Positions 10,301 to 25,300 of a stretch of DNA of 36,000 nucleotides are shown piece after piece (within the stretch, counting starts at the first letter, position 1; each line of letters starts with the position of its first letter). A program made the translations under genes and the position numbers. The notes beneath the pieces were generated by a model. That model saw only the letters and a list, made by a program, of their open reading frames with translations. It did not search any database and was not told the DNA's origin. Source of the DNA: Chiloscyllium plagiosum (Eukaryota); the NCBI RefSeq assembly GCF_004010195.1, contig NW_025213788.1, positions 1 through 36,000 on the forward strand. The letters run 5' to 3'.

Positions 10301-13300
10301 GGGGAGCAGAGCAAGTCACAGGCCATGTCCCACAGCGGGGAGCAGAGCAAGTCACAGGCCATGTCCCACAGCGGGGAGCAGAGCAAGTCACAGGCCATGT
10401 CCCACAGCGGGGAGCAGAGCAAGTCACAGGCCATGTCCCACAGCGGGGAGCAGAGCAAGTCACAGGCCATGTCCCACAGCGGGGAGCAGAGCAAGTCACA
10501 GGCCATGTCCCACAGCGGGGAGCAGAGCAAGTCACAGGCCATGTCCCACAGCGGGGAGCAGAGCAAGTCACAGGCCATGTCCCACAGCGGGGAGCAGAGC
10601 AAGTCACAGGCCATGTCCCACAGCGGGGAGCAGAGCAAGTCACAGGCCATGTCCCACAGCGGGGAGCAGAGCAAGTCACAGGCCATGTCCCACAGCGGGG
10701 AGCAGAGCAAGTCACAGGCCATGTCCCACAGCGGGGAGCAGAGCAAGTCACAGGCCATGTCCCACAGCGGGGAGCAGAGCAAGTCACAGGCCATGTCCCA
10801 CAGCGGGGAGCAGAGCAAGTCACAGGCCATGTCCCACAGCGGGGAGCAGAGCAAGTCACAGGCCATGTCCCACAGCGGGGAGCAGAGCAAGTCACAGGCC
10901 ATGTCCCACAGCGGGGAGCAGAGCAAGTCACAGGCCATGTCCCACAGCGGGGAGCAGAGCAAGTCACAGGCCATGTCCCACAGCGGGGAGCAGAGCAAGT
11001 CACAGGCCATGTCCCACAGCGGGGAGCAGAGCAAGTCACAGGCCATGTCCCACAGCGGGGAGCAGAGCAAGTCACAGGCCATGTCCCACAGCGGGGAGCA
11101 GAGCAAGTCACAGGCCATGTCCCACAGCGGGGAGCAGAGCAAGTCACAGGCCATGTCCCACAGCGGGGAGCAGAGCAAGTCACAGGCCATGTCCCACAGC
11201 GGGGAGCAGAGCAAGTCACAGGCCATGTCCCACAGCGGGGAGCAGAGCAAGTCACAGGCCATGTCCCACAGCGGGGAGCAGAGCAAGTCACAGGCCATGT
11301 CCCACAGCGGGGAGCAGAGCAAGTCACAGGCCATGTCCCACAGCGGGGAGCAGAGCAAGTCACAGGCCATGTCCCACAGCGGGGAGCAGAGCAAGTCACA
11401 GGCCATGTCCCACAGCGGGGAGCAGAGCAAGTCACAGGCCATGTCCCACAGCGGGGAGCAGAGCAAGTCACAGGCCATGTCCCACAGCGGGGAGCAGAGC
11501 AAGTCACAGGCCATGTCCCACAGCGGGGAGCAGAGCAAGTCACAGGCCATGTCCCACAGCGGGGAGCAGAGCAAGTCACAGGCCATGTCCCACAGCGGGG
11601 AGCAGAGCAAGTCACAGGCCATGTCCCACAGCGGGGAGCAGAGCAAGTCACAGGCCATGTCCCACAGCGGGGAGCAGAGCAAGTCACAGGCCATGTCCCA
11701 CAGCGGGGAGCAGAGCAAGTCACAGGCCATGTCCCACAGCGGGGAGCAGAGCAAGTCACAGGCCATGTCCCACAGCGGGGAGCAGAGCAAGTCACAGGCC
11801 ATGTCCCACAGCGGGGAGCAGAGCAAGTCACAGGCCATGTCCCACAGCGGGGAGCAGAGCAAGTCACAGGCCATGTCCCACAGCGGGGAGCAGAGCAAGT
11901 CACAGGCCATGTCCCACAGCGGGGAGCAGAGCAAGTCACAGGCCATGTCCCACAGCGGGGAGCAGAGCAAGTCACAGGCCATGTCCCACAGCGGGGAGCA
12001 GAGCAAGTCACAGGCCATGTCCCACAGCGGGGAGCAGAGCAAGTCACAGGCCATGTCCCACAGCGGGGAGCAGAGCAAGTCACAGGCCATGTCCCACAGC
12101 GGGGAGCAGAGCAAGTCACAGGCCATGTCCCACAGCGGGGAGCAGAGCAAGTCACAGGCCATGTCCCACAGCGGGGAGCAGAGCAAGTCACAGGCCATGT
12201 CCCACAGCGGGGAGCAGAGCAAGTCACAGGCCATGTCCCACAGCGGGGAGCAGAGCAAGTCACAGGCCATGTCCCACAGCGGGGAGCAGAGCAAGTCACA
12301 GGCCATGTCCCACAGCGGGGAGCAGAGCAAGTCACAGGCCATGTCCCACAGCGGGGAGCAGAGCAAGTCACAGGCCATGTCCCACAGCGGGGAGCAGAGC
12401 AAGTCACAGGCCATGTCCCACAGCGGGGAGCAGAGCAAGTCACAGGCCATGTCCCACAGCGGGGAGCAGAGCAAGTCACAGGCCATGTCCCACAGCGGGG
12501 AGCAGAGCAAGTCACAGGCCATGTCCCACAGCGGGGAGCAGAGCAAGTCACAGGCCATGTCCCACAGCGGGGAGCAGAGCAAGTCACAGGCCATGTCCCA
12601 CAGCGGGGAGCAGAGCAAGTCACAGGCCATGTCCCACAGCGGGGAGCAGAGCAAGTCACAGGCCATGTCCCACAGCGGGGAGCAGAGCAAGTCACAGGCC
12701 ATGTCCCACAGCGGGGAGCAGAGCAAGTCACAGGCCATGTCCCACAGCGGGGAGCAGAGCAAGTCACAGGCCATGTCCCACAGCGGGGAGCAGAGCAAGT
12801 CACAGGCCATGTCCCACAGCGGGGAGCAGAGCAAGTCACAGGCCATGTCCCACAGCGGGGAGCAGAGCAAGTCACAGGCCATGTCCCACAGCGGGGAGCA
12901 GAGCAAGTCACAGGCCATGTCCCACAGCGGGGAGCAGAGCAAGTCACAGGCCATGTCCCACAGCGGGGAGCAGAGCAAGTCACAGGCCATGTCCCACAGC
13001 GGGGAGCAGAGCAAGTCACAGGCCATGTCCCACAGCGGGGAGCAGAGCAAGTCACAGGCCATGTCCCACAGCGGGGAGCAGAGCAAGTCACAGGCCATGT
13101 CCCACAGCGGGGAGCAGAGCAAGTCACAGGCCATGTCCCACAGCGGGGAGCAGAGCAAGTCACAGGCCATGTCCCACAGCGGGGAGCAGAGCAAGTCACA
13201 GGCCATGTCCCACAGCGGGGAGCAGAGCAAGTCACAGGCCATGTCCCACAGCGGGGAGCAGAGCAAGTCACAGGCCATGTCCCACAGCGGGGAGCAGAGC

Positions 13301-16300
13301 AAGTCACAGGCCATGTCCCACAGCGGGGAGCAGAGCAAGTCACAGGCCATGTCCCACAGCGGGGAGCAGAGCAAGTCACAGGCCATGTCCCACAGCGGGG
13401 AGCAGAGCAAGTCACAGGCCATGTCCCACAGCGGGGAGCAGAGCAAGTCACAGGCCATGTCCCACAGCGGGGAGCAGAGCAAGTCACAGGCCATGTCCCA
13501 CAGCGGGGAGCAGAGCAAGTCACAGGCCATGTCCCACAGCGGGGAGCAGAGCAAGTCACAGGCCATGTCCCACAGCGGGGAGCAGAGCAAGTCACAGGCC
13601 ATGTCCCACAGCGGGGAGCAGAGCAAGTCACAGGCCATGTCCCACAGCGGGGAGCAGAGCAAGTCACAGGCCATGTCCCACAGCGGGGAGCAGAGCAAGT
13701 CACAGGCCATGTCCCACAGCGGGGAGCAGAGCAAGTCACAGGCCATGTCCCACAGCGGGGAGCAGAGCAAGTCACAGGCCATGTCCCACAGCGGGGAGCA
13801 GAGCAAGTCACAGGCCATGTCCCACAGCGGGGAGCAGAGCAAGTCACAGGCCATGTCCCACAGCGGGGAGCAGAGCAAGTCACAGGCCATGTCCCACAGC
13901 GGGGAGCAGAGCAAGTCACAGGCCATGTCCCACAGCGGGGAGCAGAGCAAGTCACAGGCCATGTCCCACAGCGGGGAGCAGAGCAAGTCACAGGCCATGT
14001 CCCACAGCGGGGAGCAGAGCAAGTCACAGGCCATGTCCCACAGCGGGGAGCAGAGCAAGTCACAGGCCATGTCCCACAGCGGGGAGCAGAGCAAGTCACA
14101 GGCCATGTCCCACAGCGGGGAGCAGAGCAAGTCACAGGCCATGTCCCACAGCGGGGAGCAGAGCAAGTCACAGGCCATGTCCCACAGCGGGGAGCAGAGC
14201 AAGTCACAGGCCATGTCCCACAGCGGGGAGCAGAGCAAGTCACAGGCCATGTCCCACAGCGGGGAGCAGAGCAAGTCACAGGCCATGTCCCACAGCGGGG
14301 AGCAGAGCAAGTCACAGGCCATGTCCCACAGCGGGGAGCAGAGCAAGTCACAGGCCATGTCCCACAGCGGGGAGCAGAGCAAGTCACAGGCCATGTCCCA
14401 CAGCGGGGAGCAGAGCAAGTCACAGGCCATGTCCCACAGCGGGGAGCAGAGCAAGTCACAGGCCATGTCCCACAGCGGGGAGCAGAGCAAGTCACAGGCC
14501 ATGTCCCACAGCGGGGAGCAGAGCAAGTCACAGGCCATGTCCCACAGCGGGGAGCAGAGCAAGTCACAGGCCATGTCCCACAGCGGGGAGCAGAGCAAGT
14601 CACAGGCCATGTCCCACAGCGGGGAGCAGAGCAAGTCACAGGCCATGTCCCACAGCGGGGAGCAGAGCAAGTCACAGGCCATGTCCCACAGCGGGGAGCA
14701 GAGCAAGTCACAGGCCATGTCCCACAGCGGGGAGCAGAGCAAGTCACAGGCCATGTCCCACAGCGGGGAGCAGAGCAAGTCACAGGCCATGTCCCACAGC
14801 GGGGAGCAGAGCAAGTCACAGGCCATGTCCCACAGCGGGGAGCAGAGCAAGTCACAGGCCATGTCCCACAGCGGGGAGCAGAGCAAGTCACAGGCCATGT
14901 CCCACAGCGGGGAGCAGAGCAAGTCACAGGCCATGTCCCACAGCGGGGAGCAGAGCAAGTCACAGGCCATGTCCCACAGCGGGGAGCAGAGCAAGTCACA
15001 GGCCATGTCCCACAGCGGGGAGCAGAGCAAGTCACAGGCCATGTCCCACAGCGGGGAGCAGAGCAAGTCACAGGCCATGTCCCACAGCGGGGAGCAGAGC
15101 AAGTCACAGGCCATGTCCCACAGCGGGGAGCAGAGCAAGTCACAGGCCATGTCCCACAGCGGGGAGCAGAGCAAGTCACAGGCCATGTCCCACAGCGGGG
15201 AGCAGAGCAAGTCACAGGCCATGTCCCACAGCGGGGAGCAGAGCAAGTCACAGGCCATGTCCCACAGCGGGGAGCAGAGCAAGTCACAGGCCATGTCCCA
15301 CAGCGGGGAGCAGAGCAAGTCACAGGCCATGTCCCACAGCGGGGAGCAGAGCAAGTCACAGGCCATGTCCCACAGCGGGGAGCAGAGCAAGTCACAGGCC
15401 ATGTCCCACAGCGGGGAGCAGAGCAAGTCACAGGCCATGTCCCACAGCGGGGAGCAGAGCAAGTCACAGGCCATGTCCCACAGCGGGGAGCAGAGCAAGT
15501 CACAGGCCATGTCCCACAGCGGGGAGCAGAGCAAGTCACAGGCCATGTCCCACAGCGGGGAGCAGAGCAAGTCACAGGCCATGTCCCACAGCGGGGAGCA
15601 GAGCAAGTCACAGGCCATGTCCCACAGCGGGGAGCAGAGCAAGTCACAGGCCATGTCCCACAGCGGGGAGCAGAGCAAGTCACAGGCCATGTCCCACAGC
15701 GGGGAGCAGAGCAAGTCACAGGCCATGTCCCACAGCGGGGAGCAGAGCAAGTCACAGGCCATGTCCCACAGCGGGGAGCAGAGCAAGTCACAGGCCATGT
15801 CCCACAGCGGGGAGCAGAGCAAGTCACAGGCCATGTCCCACAGCGGGGAGCAGAGCAAGTCACAGGCCATGTCCCACAGCGGGGAGCAGAGCAAGTCACA
15901 GGCCATGTCCCACAGCGGGGAGCAGAGCAAGTCACAGGCCATGTCCCACAGCGGGGAGCAGAGCAAGTCACAGGCCATGTCCCACAGCGGGGAGCAGAGC
16001 AAGTCACAGGCCATGTCCCACAGCGGGGAGCAGAGCAAGTCACAGGCCATGTCCCACAGCGGGGAGCAGAGCAAGTCACAGGCCATGTCCCACAGCGGGG
16101 AGCAGAGCAAGTCACAGGCCATGTCCCACAGCGGGGAGCAGAGCAAGTCACAGGCCATGTCCCACAGCGGGGAGCAGAGCAAGTCACAGGCCATGTCCCA
16201 CAGCGGGGAGCAGAGCAAGTCACAGGCCATGTCCCACAGCGGGGAGCAGAGCAAGTCACAGGCCATGTCCCACAGCGGGGAGCAGAGCAAGTCACAGGCC

Positions 16301-19300
16301 ATGTCCCACAGCGGGGAGCAGAGCAAGTCACAGGCCATGTCCCACAGCGGGGAGCAGAGCAAGTCACAGGCCATGTCCCACAGCGGGGAGCAGAGCAAGT
16401 CACAGGCCATGTCCCACAGCGGGGAGCAGAGCAAGTCACAGGCCATGTCCCACAGCGGGGAGCAGAGCAAGTCACAGGCCATGTCCCACAGCGGGGAGCA
16501 GAGCAAGTCACAGGCCATGTCCCACAGCGGGGAGCAGAGCAAGTCACAGGCCATGTCCCACAGCGGGGAGCAGAGCAAGTCACAGGCCATGTCCCACAGC
16601 GGGGAGCAGAGCAAGTCACAGGCCATGTCCCACAGCGGGGAGCAGAGCAAGTCACAGGCCATGTCCCACAGCGGGGAGCAGAGCAAGTCACAGGCCATGT
16701 CCCACAGCGGGGAGCAGAGCAAGTCACAGGCCATGTCCCACAGCGGGGAGCAGAGCAAGTCACAGGCCATGTCCCACAGCGGGGAGCAGAGCAAGTCACA
16801 GGCCATGTCCCACAGCGGGGAGCAGAGCAAGTCACAGGCCATGTCCCACAGCGGGGAGCAGAGCAAGTCACAGGCCATGTCCCACAGCGGGGAGCAGAGC
16901 AAGTCACAGGCCATGTCCCACAGCGGGGAGCAGAGCAAGTCACAGGCCATGTCCCACAGCGGGGAGCAGAGCAAGTCACAGGCCATGTCCCACAGCGGGG
17001 AGCAGAGCAAGTCACAGGCCATGTCCCACAGCGGGGAGCAGAGCAAGTCACAGGCCATGTCCCACAGCGGGGAGCAGAGCAAGTCACAGGCCATGTCCCA
17101 CAGCGGGGAGCAGAGCAAGTCACAGGCCATGTCCCACAGCGGGGAGCAGAGCAAGTCACAGGCCATGTCCCACAGCGGGGAGCAGAGCAAGTCACAGGCC
17201 ATGTCCCACAGCGGGGAGCAGAGCAAGTCACAGGCCATGTCCCACAGCGGGGAGCAGAGCAAGTCACAGGCCATGTCCCACAGCGGGGAGCAGAGCAAGT
17301 CACAGGCCATGTCCCACAGCGGGGAGCAGAGCAAGTCACAGGCCATGTCCCACAGCGGGGAGCAGAGCAAGTCACAGGCCATGTCCCACAGCGGGGAGCA
17401 GAGCAAGTCACAGGCCATGTCCCACAGCGGGGAGCAGAGCAAGTCACAGGCCATGTCCCACAGCGGGGAGCAGAGCAAGTCACAGGCCATGTCCCACAGC
17501 GGGGAGCAGAGCAAGTCACAGGCCATGTCCCACAGCGGGGAGCAGAGCAAGTCACAGGCCATGTCCCACAGCGGGGAGCAGAGCAAGTCACAGGCCATGT
17601 CCCACAGCGGGGAGCAGAGCAAGTCACAGGCCATGTCCCACAGCGGGGAGCAGAGCAAGTCACAGGCCATGTCCCACAGCGGGGAGCAGAGCAAGTCACA
17701 GGCCATGTCCCACAGCGGGGAGCAGAGCAAGTCACAGGCCATGTCCCACAGCGGGGAGCAGAGCAAGTCACAGGCCATGTCCCACAGCGGGGAGCAGAGC
17801 AAGTCACAGGCCATGTCCCACAGCGGGGAGCAGAGCAAGTCACAGGCCATGTCCCACAGCGGGGAGCAGAGCAAGTCACAGGCCATGTCCCACAGCGGGG
17901 AGCAGAGCAAGTCACAGGCCATGTCCCACAGCGGGGAGCAGAGCAAGTCACAGGCCATGTCCCACAGCGGGGAGCAGAGCAAGTCACAGGCCATGTCCCA
18001 CAGCGGGGAGCAGAGCAAGTCACAGGCCATGTCCCACAGCGGGGAGCAGAGCAAGTCACAGGCCATGTCCCACAGCGGGGAGCAGAGCAAGTCACAGGCC
18101 ATGTCCCACAGCGGGGAGCAGAGCAAGTCACAGGCCATGTCCCACAGCGGGGAGCAGAGCAAGTCACAGGCCATGTCCCACAGCGGGGAGCAGAGCAAGT
18201 CACAGGCCATGTCCCACAGCGGGGAGCAGAGCAAGTCACAGGCCATGTCCCACAGCGGGGAGCAGAGCAAGTCACAGGCCATGTCCCACAGCGGGGAGCA
18301 GAGCAAGTCACAGGCCATGTCCCACAGCGGGGAGCAGAGCAAGTCACAGGCCATGTCCCACAGCGGGGAGCAGAGCAAGTCACAGGCCATGTCCCACAGC
18401 GGGGAGCAGAGCAAGTCACAGGCCATGTCCCACAGCGGGGAGCAGAGCAAGTCACAGGCCATGTCCCACAGCGGGGAGCAGAGCAAGTCACAGGCCATGT
18501 CCCACAGCGGGGAGCAGAGCAAGTCACAGGCCATGTCCCACAGCGGGGAGCAGAGCAAGTCACAGGCCATGTCCCACAGCGGGGAGCAGAGCAAGTCACA
18601 GGCCATGTCCCACAGCGGGGAGCAGAGCAAGTCACAGGCCATGTCCCACAGCGGGGAGCAGAGCAAGTCACAGGCCATGTCCCACAGCGGGGAGCAGAGC
18701 AAGTCACAGGCCATGTCCCACAGCGGGGAGCAGAGCAAGTCACAGGCCATGTCCCACAGCGGGGAGCAGAGCAAGTCACAGGCCATGTCCCACAGCGGGG
18801 AGCAGAGCAAGTCACAGGCCATGTCCCACAGCGGGGAGCAGAGCAAGTCACAGGCCATGTCCCACAGCGGGGAGCAGAGCAAGTCACAGGCCATGTCCCA
18901 CAGCGGGGAGCAGAGCAAGTCACAGGCCATGTCCCACAGCGGGGAGCAGAGCAAGTCACAGGCCATGTCCCACAGCGGGGAGCAGAGCAAGTCACAGGCC
19001 ATGTCCCACAGCGGGGAGCAGAGCAAGTCACAGGCCATGTCCCACAGCGGGGAGCAGAGCAAGTCACAGGCCATGTCCCACAGCGGGGAGCAGAGCAAGT
19101 CACAGGCCATGTCCCACAGCGGGGAGCAGAGCAAGTCACAGGCCATGTCCCACAGCGGGGAGCAGAGCAAGTCACAGGCCATGTCCCACAGCGGGGAGCA
19201 GAGCAAGTCACAGGCCATGTCCCACAGCGGGGAGCAGAGCAAGTCACAGGCCATGTCCCACAGCGGGGAGCAGAGCAAGTCACAGGCCATGTCCCACAGC

Positions 19301-22300
19301 GGGGAGCAGAGCAAGTCACAGGCCATGTCCCACAGCGGGGAGCAGAGCAAGTCACAGGCCATGTCCCACAGCGGGGAGCAGAGCAAGTCACAGGCCATGT
19401 CCCACAGCGGGGAGCAGAGCAAGTCACAGGCCATGTCCCACAGCGGGGAGCAGAGCAAGTCACAGGCCATGTCCCACAGCGGGGAGCAGAGCAAGTCACA
19501 GGCCATGTCCCACAGCGGGGAGCAGAGCAAGTCACAGGCCATGTCCCACAGCGGGGAGCAGAGCAAGTCACAGGCCATGTCCCACAGCGGGGAGCAGAGC
19601 AAGTCACAGGCCATGTCCCACAGCGGGGAGCAGAGCAAGTCACAGGCCATGTCCCACAGCGGGGAGCAGAGCAAGTCACAGGCCATGTCCCACAGCGGGG
19701 AGCAGAGCAAGTCACAGGCCATGTCCCACAGCGGGGAGCAGAGCAAGTCACAGGCCATGTCCCACAGCGGGGAGCAGAGCAAGTCACAGGCCATGTCCCA
19801 CAGCGGGGAGCAGAGCAAGTCACAGGCCATGTCCCACAGCGGGGAGCAGAGCAAGTCACAGGCCATGTCCCACAGCGGGGAGCAGAGCAAGTCACAGGCC
19901 ATGTCCCACAGCGGGGAGCAGAGCAAGTCACAGGCCATGTCCCACAGCGGGGAGCAGAGCAAGTCACAGGCCATGTCCCACAGCGGGGAGCAGAGCAAGT
20001 CACAGGCCATGTCCCACAGCGGGGAGCAGAGCAAGTCACAGGCCATGTCCCACAGCGGGGAGCAGAGCAAGTCACAGGCCATGTCCCACAGCGGGGAGCA
20101 GAGCAAGTCACAGGCCATGTCCCACAGCGGGGAGCAGAGCAAGTCACAGGCCATGTCCCACAGCGGGGAGCAGAGCAAGTCACAGGCCATGTCCCACAGC
20201 GGGGAGCAGAGCAAGTCACAGGCCATGTCCCACAGCGGGGAGCAGAGCAAGTCACAGGCCATGTCCCACAGCGGGGAGCAGAGCAAGTCACAGGCCATGT
20301 CCCACAGCGGGGAGCAGAGCAAGTCACAGGCCATGTCCCACAGCGGGGAGCAGAGCAAGTCACAGGCCATGTCCCACAGCGGGGAGCAGAGCAAGTCACA
20401 GGCCATGTCCCACAGCGGGGAGCAGAGCAAGTCACAGGCCATGTCCCACAGCGGGGAGCAGAGCAAGTCACAGGCCATGTCCCACAGCGGGGAGCAGAGC
20501 AAGTCACAGGCCATGTCCCACAGCGGGGAGCAGAGCAAGTCACAGGCCATGTCCCACAGCGGGGAGCAGAGCAAGTCACAGGCCATGTCCCACAGCGGGG
20601 AGCAGAGCAAGTCACAGGCCATGTCCCACAGCGGGGAGCAGAGCAAGTCACAGGCCATGTCCCACAGCGGGGAGCAGAGCAAGTCACAGGCCATGTCCCA
20701 CAGCGGGGAGCAGAGCAAGTCACAGGCCATGTCCCACAGCGGGGAGCAGAGCAAGTCACAGGCCATGTCCCACAGCGGGGAGCAGAGCAAGTCACAGGCC
20801 ATGTCCCACAGCGGGGAGCAGAGCAAGTCACAGGCCATGTCCCACAGCGGGGAGCAGAGCAAGTCACAGGCCATGTCCCACAGCGGGGAGCAGAGCAAGT
20901 CACAGGCCATGTCCCACAGCGGGGAGCAGAGCAAGTCACAGGCCATGTCCCACAGCGGGGAGCAGAGCAAGTCACAGGCCATGTCCCACAGCGGGGAGCA
21001 GAGCAAGTCACAGGCCATGTCCCACAGCGGGGAGCAGAGCAAGTCACAGGCCATGTCCCACAGCGGGGAGCAGAGCAAGTCACAGGCCATGTCCCACAGC
21101 GGGGAGCAGAGCAAGTCACAGGCCATGTCCCACAGCGGGGAGCAGAGCAAGTCACAGGCCATGTCCCACAGCGGGGAGCAGAGCAAGTCACAGGCCATGT
21201 CCCACAGCGGGGAGCAGAGCAAGTCACAGGCCATGTCCCACAGCGGGGAGCAGAGCAAGTCACAGGCCATGTCCCACAGCGGGGAGCAGAGCAAGTCACA
21301 GGCCATGTCCCACAGCGGGGAGCAGAGCAAGTCACAGGCCATGTCCCACAGCGGGGAGCAGAGCAAGTCACAGGCCATGTCCCACAGCGGGGAGCAGAGC
21401 AAGTCACAGGCCATGTCCCACAGCGGGGAGCAGAGCAAGTCACAGGCCATGTCCCACAGCGGGGAGCAGAGCAAGTCACAGGCCATGTCCCACAGCGGGG
21501 AGCAGAGCAAGTCACAGGCCATGTCCCACAGCGGGGAGCAGAGCAAGTCACAGGCCATGTCCCACAGCGGGGAGCAGAGCAAGTCACAGGCCATGTCCCA
21601 CAGCGGGGAGCAGAGCAAGTCACAGGCCATGTCCCACAGCGGGGAGCAGAGCAAGTCACAGGCCATGTCCCACAGCGGGGAGCAGAGCAAGTCACAGGCC
21701 ATGTCCCACAGCGGGGAGCAGAGCAAGTCACAGGCCATGTCCCACAGCGGGGAGCAGAGCAAGTCACAGGCCATGTCCCACAGCGGGGAGCAGAGCAAGT
21801 CACAGGCCATGTCCCACAGCGGGGAGCAGAGCAAGTCACAGGCCATGTCCCACAGCGGGGAGCAGAGCAAGTCACAGGCCATGTCCCACAGCGGGGAGCA
21901 GAGCAAGTCACAGGCCATGTCCCACAGCGGGGAGCAGAGCAAGTCACAGGCCATGTCCCACAGCGGGGAGCAGAGCAAGTCACAGGCCATGTCCCACAGC
22001 GGGGAGCAGAGCAAGTCACAGGCCATGTCCCACAGCGGGGAGCAGAGCAAGTCACAGGCCATGTCCCACAGCGGGGAGCAGAGCAAGTCACAGGCCATGT
22101 CCCACAGCGGGGAGCAGAGCAAGTCACAGGCCATGTCCCACAGCGGGGAGCAGAGCAAGTCACAGGCCATGTCCCACAGCGGGGAGCAGAGCAAGTCACA
22201 GGCCATGTCCCACAGCGGGGAGCAGAGCAAGTCACAGGCCATGTCCCACAGCGGGGAGCAGAGCAAGTCACAGGCCATGTCCCACAGCGGGGAGCAGAGC

Positions 22301-25300
22301 AAGTCACAGGCCATGTCCCACAGCGGGGAGCAGAGCAAGTCACAGGCCATGTCCCACAGCGGGGAGCAGAGCAAGTCACAGGCCATGTCCCACAGCGGGG
22401 AGCAGAGCAAGTCACAGGCCATGTCCCACAGCGGGGAGCAGAGCAAGTCACAGGCCATGTCCCACAGCGGGGAGCAGAGCAAGTCACAGGCCATGTCCCA
22501 CAGCGGGGAGCAGAGCAAGTCACAGGCCATGTCCCACAGCGGGGAGCAGAGCAAGTCACAGGCCATGTCCCACAGCGGGGAGCAGAGCAAGTCACAGGCC
22601 ATGTCCCACAGCGGGGAGCAGAGCAAGTCACAGGCCATGTCCCACAGCGGGGAGCAGAGCAAGTCACAGGCCATGTCCCACAGCGGGGAGCAGAGCAAGT
22701 CACAGGCCATGTCCCACAGCGGGGAGCAGAGCAAGTCACAGGCCATGTCCCACAGCGGGGAGCAGAGCAAGTCACAGGCCATGTCCCACAGCGGGGAGCA
22801 GAGCAAGTCACAGGCCATGTCCCACAGCGGGGAGCAGAGCAAGTCACAGGCCATGTCCCACAGCGGGGAGCAGAGCAAGTCACAGGCCATGTCCCACAGC
22901 GGGGAGCAGAGCAAGTCACAGGCCATGTCCCACAGCGGGGAGCAGAGCAAGTCACAGGCCATGTCCCACAGCGGGGAGCAGAGCAAGTCACAGGCCATGT
23001 CCCACAGCGGGGAGCAGAGCAAGTCACAGGCCATGTCCCACAGCGGGGAGCAGAGCAAGTCACAGGCCATGTCCCACAGCGGGGAGCAGAGCAAGTCACA
23101 GGCCATGTCCCACAGCGGGGAGCAGAGCAAGTCACAGGCCATGTCCCACAGCGGGGAGCAGAGCAAGTCACAGGCCATGTCCCACAGCGGGGAGCAGAGC
23201 AAGTCACAGGCCATGTCCCACAGCGGGGAGCAGAGCAAGTCACAGGCCATGTCCCACAGCGGGGAGCAGAGCAAGTCACAGGCCATGTCCCACAGCGGGG
23301 AGCAGAGCAAGTCACAGGCCATGTCCCACAGCGGGGAGCAGAGCAAGTCACAGGCCATGTCCCACAGCGGGGAGCAGAGCAAGTCACAGGCCATGTCCCA
23401 CAGCGGGGAGCAGAGCAAGTCACAGGCCATGTCCCACAGCGGGGAGCAGAGCAAGTCACAGGCCATGTCCCACAGCGGGGAGCAGAGCAAGTCACAGGCC
23501 ATGTCCCACAGCGGGGAGCAGAGCAAGTCACAGGCCATGTCCCACAGCGGGGAGCAGAGCAAGTCACAGGCCATGTCCCACAGCGGGGAGCAGAGCAAGT
23601 CACAGGCCATGTCCCACAGCGGGGAGCAGAGCAAGTCACAGGCCATGTCCCACAGCGGGGAGCAGAGCAAGTCACAGGCCATGTCCCACAGCGGGGAGCA
23701 GAGCAAGTCACAGGCCATGTCCCACAGCGGGGAGCAGAGCAAGTCACAGGCCATGTCCCACAGCGGGGAGCAGAGCAAGTCACAGGCCATGTCCCACAGC
23801 GGGGAGCAGAGCAAGTCACAGGCCATGTCCCACAGCGGGGAGCAGAGCAAGTCACAGGCCATGTCCCACAGCGGGGAGCAGAGCAAGTCACAGGCCATGT
23901 CCCACAGCGGGGAGCAGAGCAAGTCACAGGCCATGTCCCACAGCGGGGAGCAGAGCAAGTCACAGGCCATGTCCCACAGCGGGGAGCAGAGCAAGTCACA
24001 GGCCATGTCCCACAGCGGGGAGCAGAGCAAGTCACAGGCCATGTCCCACAGCGGGGAGCAGAGCAAGTCACAGGCCATGTCCCACAGCGGGGAGCAGAGC
24101 AAGTCACAGGCCATGTCCCACAGCGGGGAGCAGAGCAAGTCACAGGCCATGTCCCACAGCGGGGAGCAGAGCAAGTCACAGGCCATGTCCCACAGCGGGG
24201 AGCAGAGCAAGTCACAGGCCATGTCCCACAGCGGGGAGCAGAGCAAGTCACAGGCCATGTCCCACAGCGGGGAGCAGAGCAAGTCACAGGCCATGTCCCA
24301 CAGCGGGGAGCAGAGCAAGTCACAGGCCATGTCCCACAGCGGGGAGCAGAGCAAGTCACAGGCCATGTCCCACAGCGGGGAGCAGAGCAAGTCACAGGCC
24401 ATGTCCCACAGCGGGGAGCAGAGCAAGTCACAGGCCATGTCCCACAGCGGGGAGCAGAGCAAGTCACAGGCCATGTCCCACAGCGGGGAGCAGAGCAAGT
24501 CACAGGCCATGTCCCACAGCGGGGAGCAGAGCAAGTCACAGGCCATGTCCCACAGCGGGGAGCAGAGCAAGTCACAGGCCATGTCCCACAGCGGGGAGCA
24601 GAGCAAGTCACAGGCCATGTCCCACAGCGGGGAGCAGAGCAAGTCACAGGCCATGTCCCACAGCGGGGAGCAGAGCAAGTCACAGGCCATGTCCCACAGC
24701 GGGGAGCAGAGCAAGTCACAGGCCATGTCCCACAGCGGGGAGCAGAGCAAGTCACAGGCCATGTCCCACAGCGGGGAGCAGAGCAAGTCACAGGCCATGT
24801 CCCACAGCGGGGAGCAGAGCAAGTCACAGGCCATGTCCCACAGCGGGGAGCAGAGCAAGTCACAGGCCATGTCCCACAGCGGGGAGCAGAGCAAGTCACA
24901 GGCCATGTCCCACAGCGGGGAGCAGAGCAAGTCACAGGCCATGTCCCACAGCGGGGAGCAGAGCAAGTCACAGGCCATGTCCCACAGCGGGGAGCAGAGC
25001 AAGTCACAGGCCATGTCCCACAGCGGGGAGCAGAGCAAGTCACAGGCCATGTCCCACAGCGGGGAGCAGAGCAAGTCACAGGCCATGTCCCACAGCGGGG
25101 AGCAGAGCAAGTCACAGGCCATGTCCCACAGCGGGGAGCAGAGCAAGTCACAGGCCATGTCCCACAGCGGGGAGCAGAGCAAGTCACAGGCCATGTCCCA
25201 CAGCGGGGAGCAGAGCAAGTCACAGGCCATGTCCCACAGCGGGGAGCAGAGCAAGTCACAGGCCATGTCCCACAGCGGGGAGCAGAGCAAGTCACAGGCC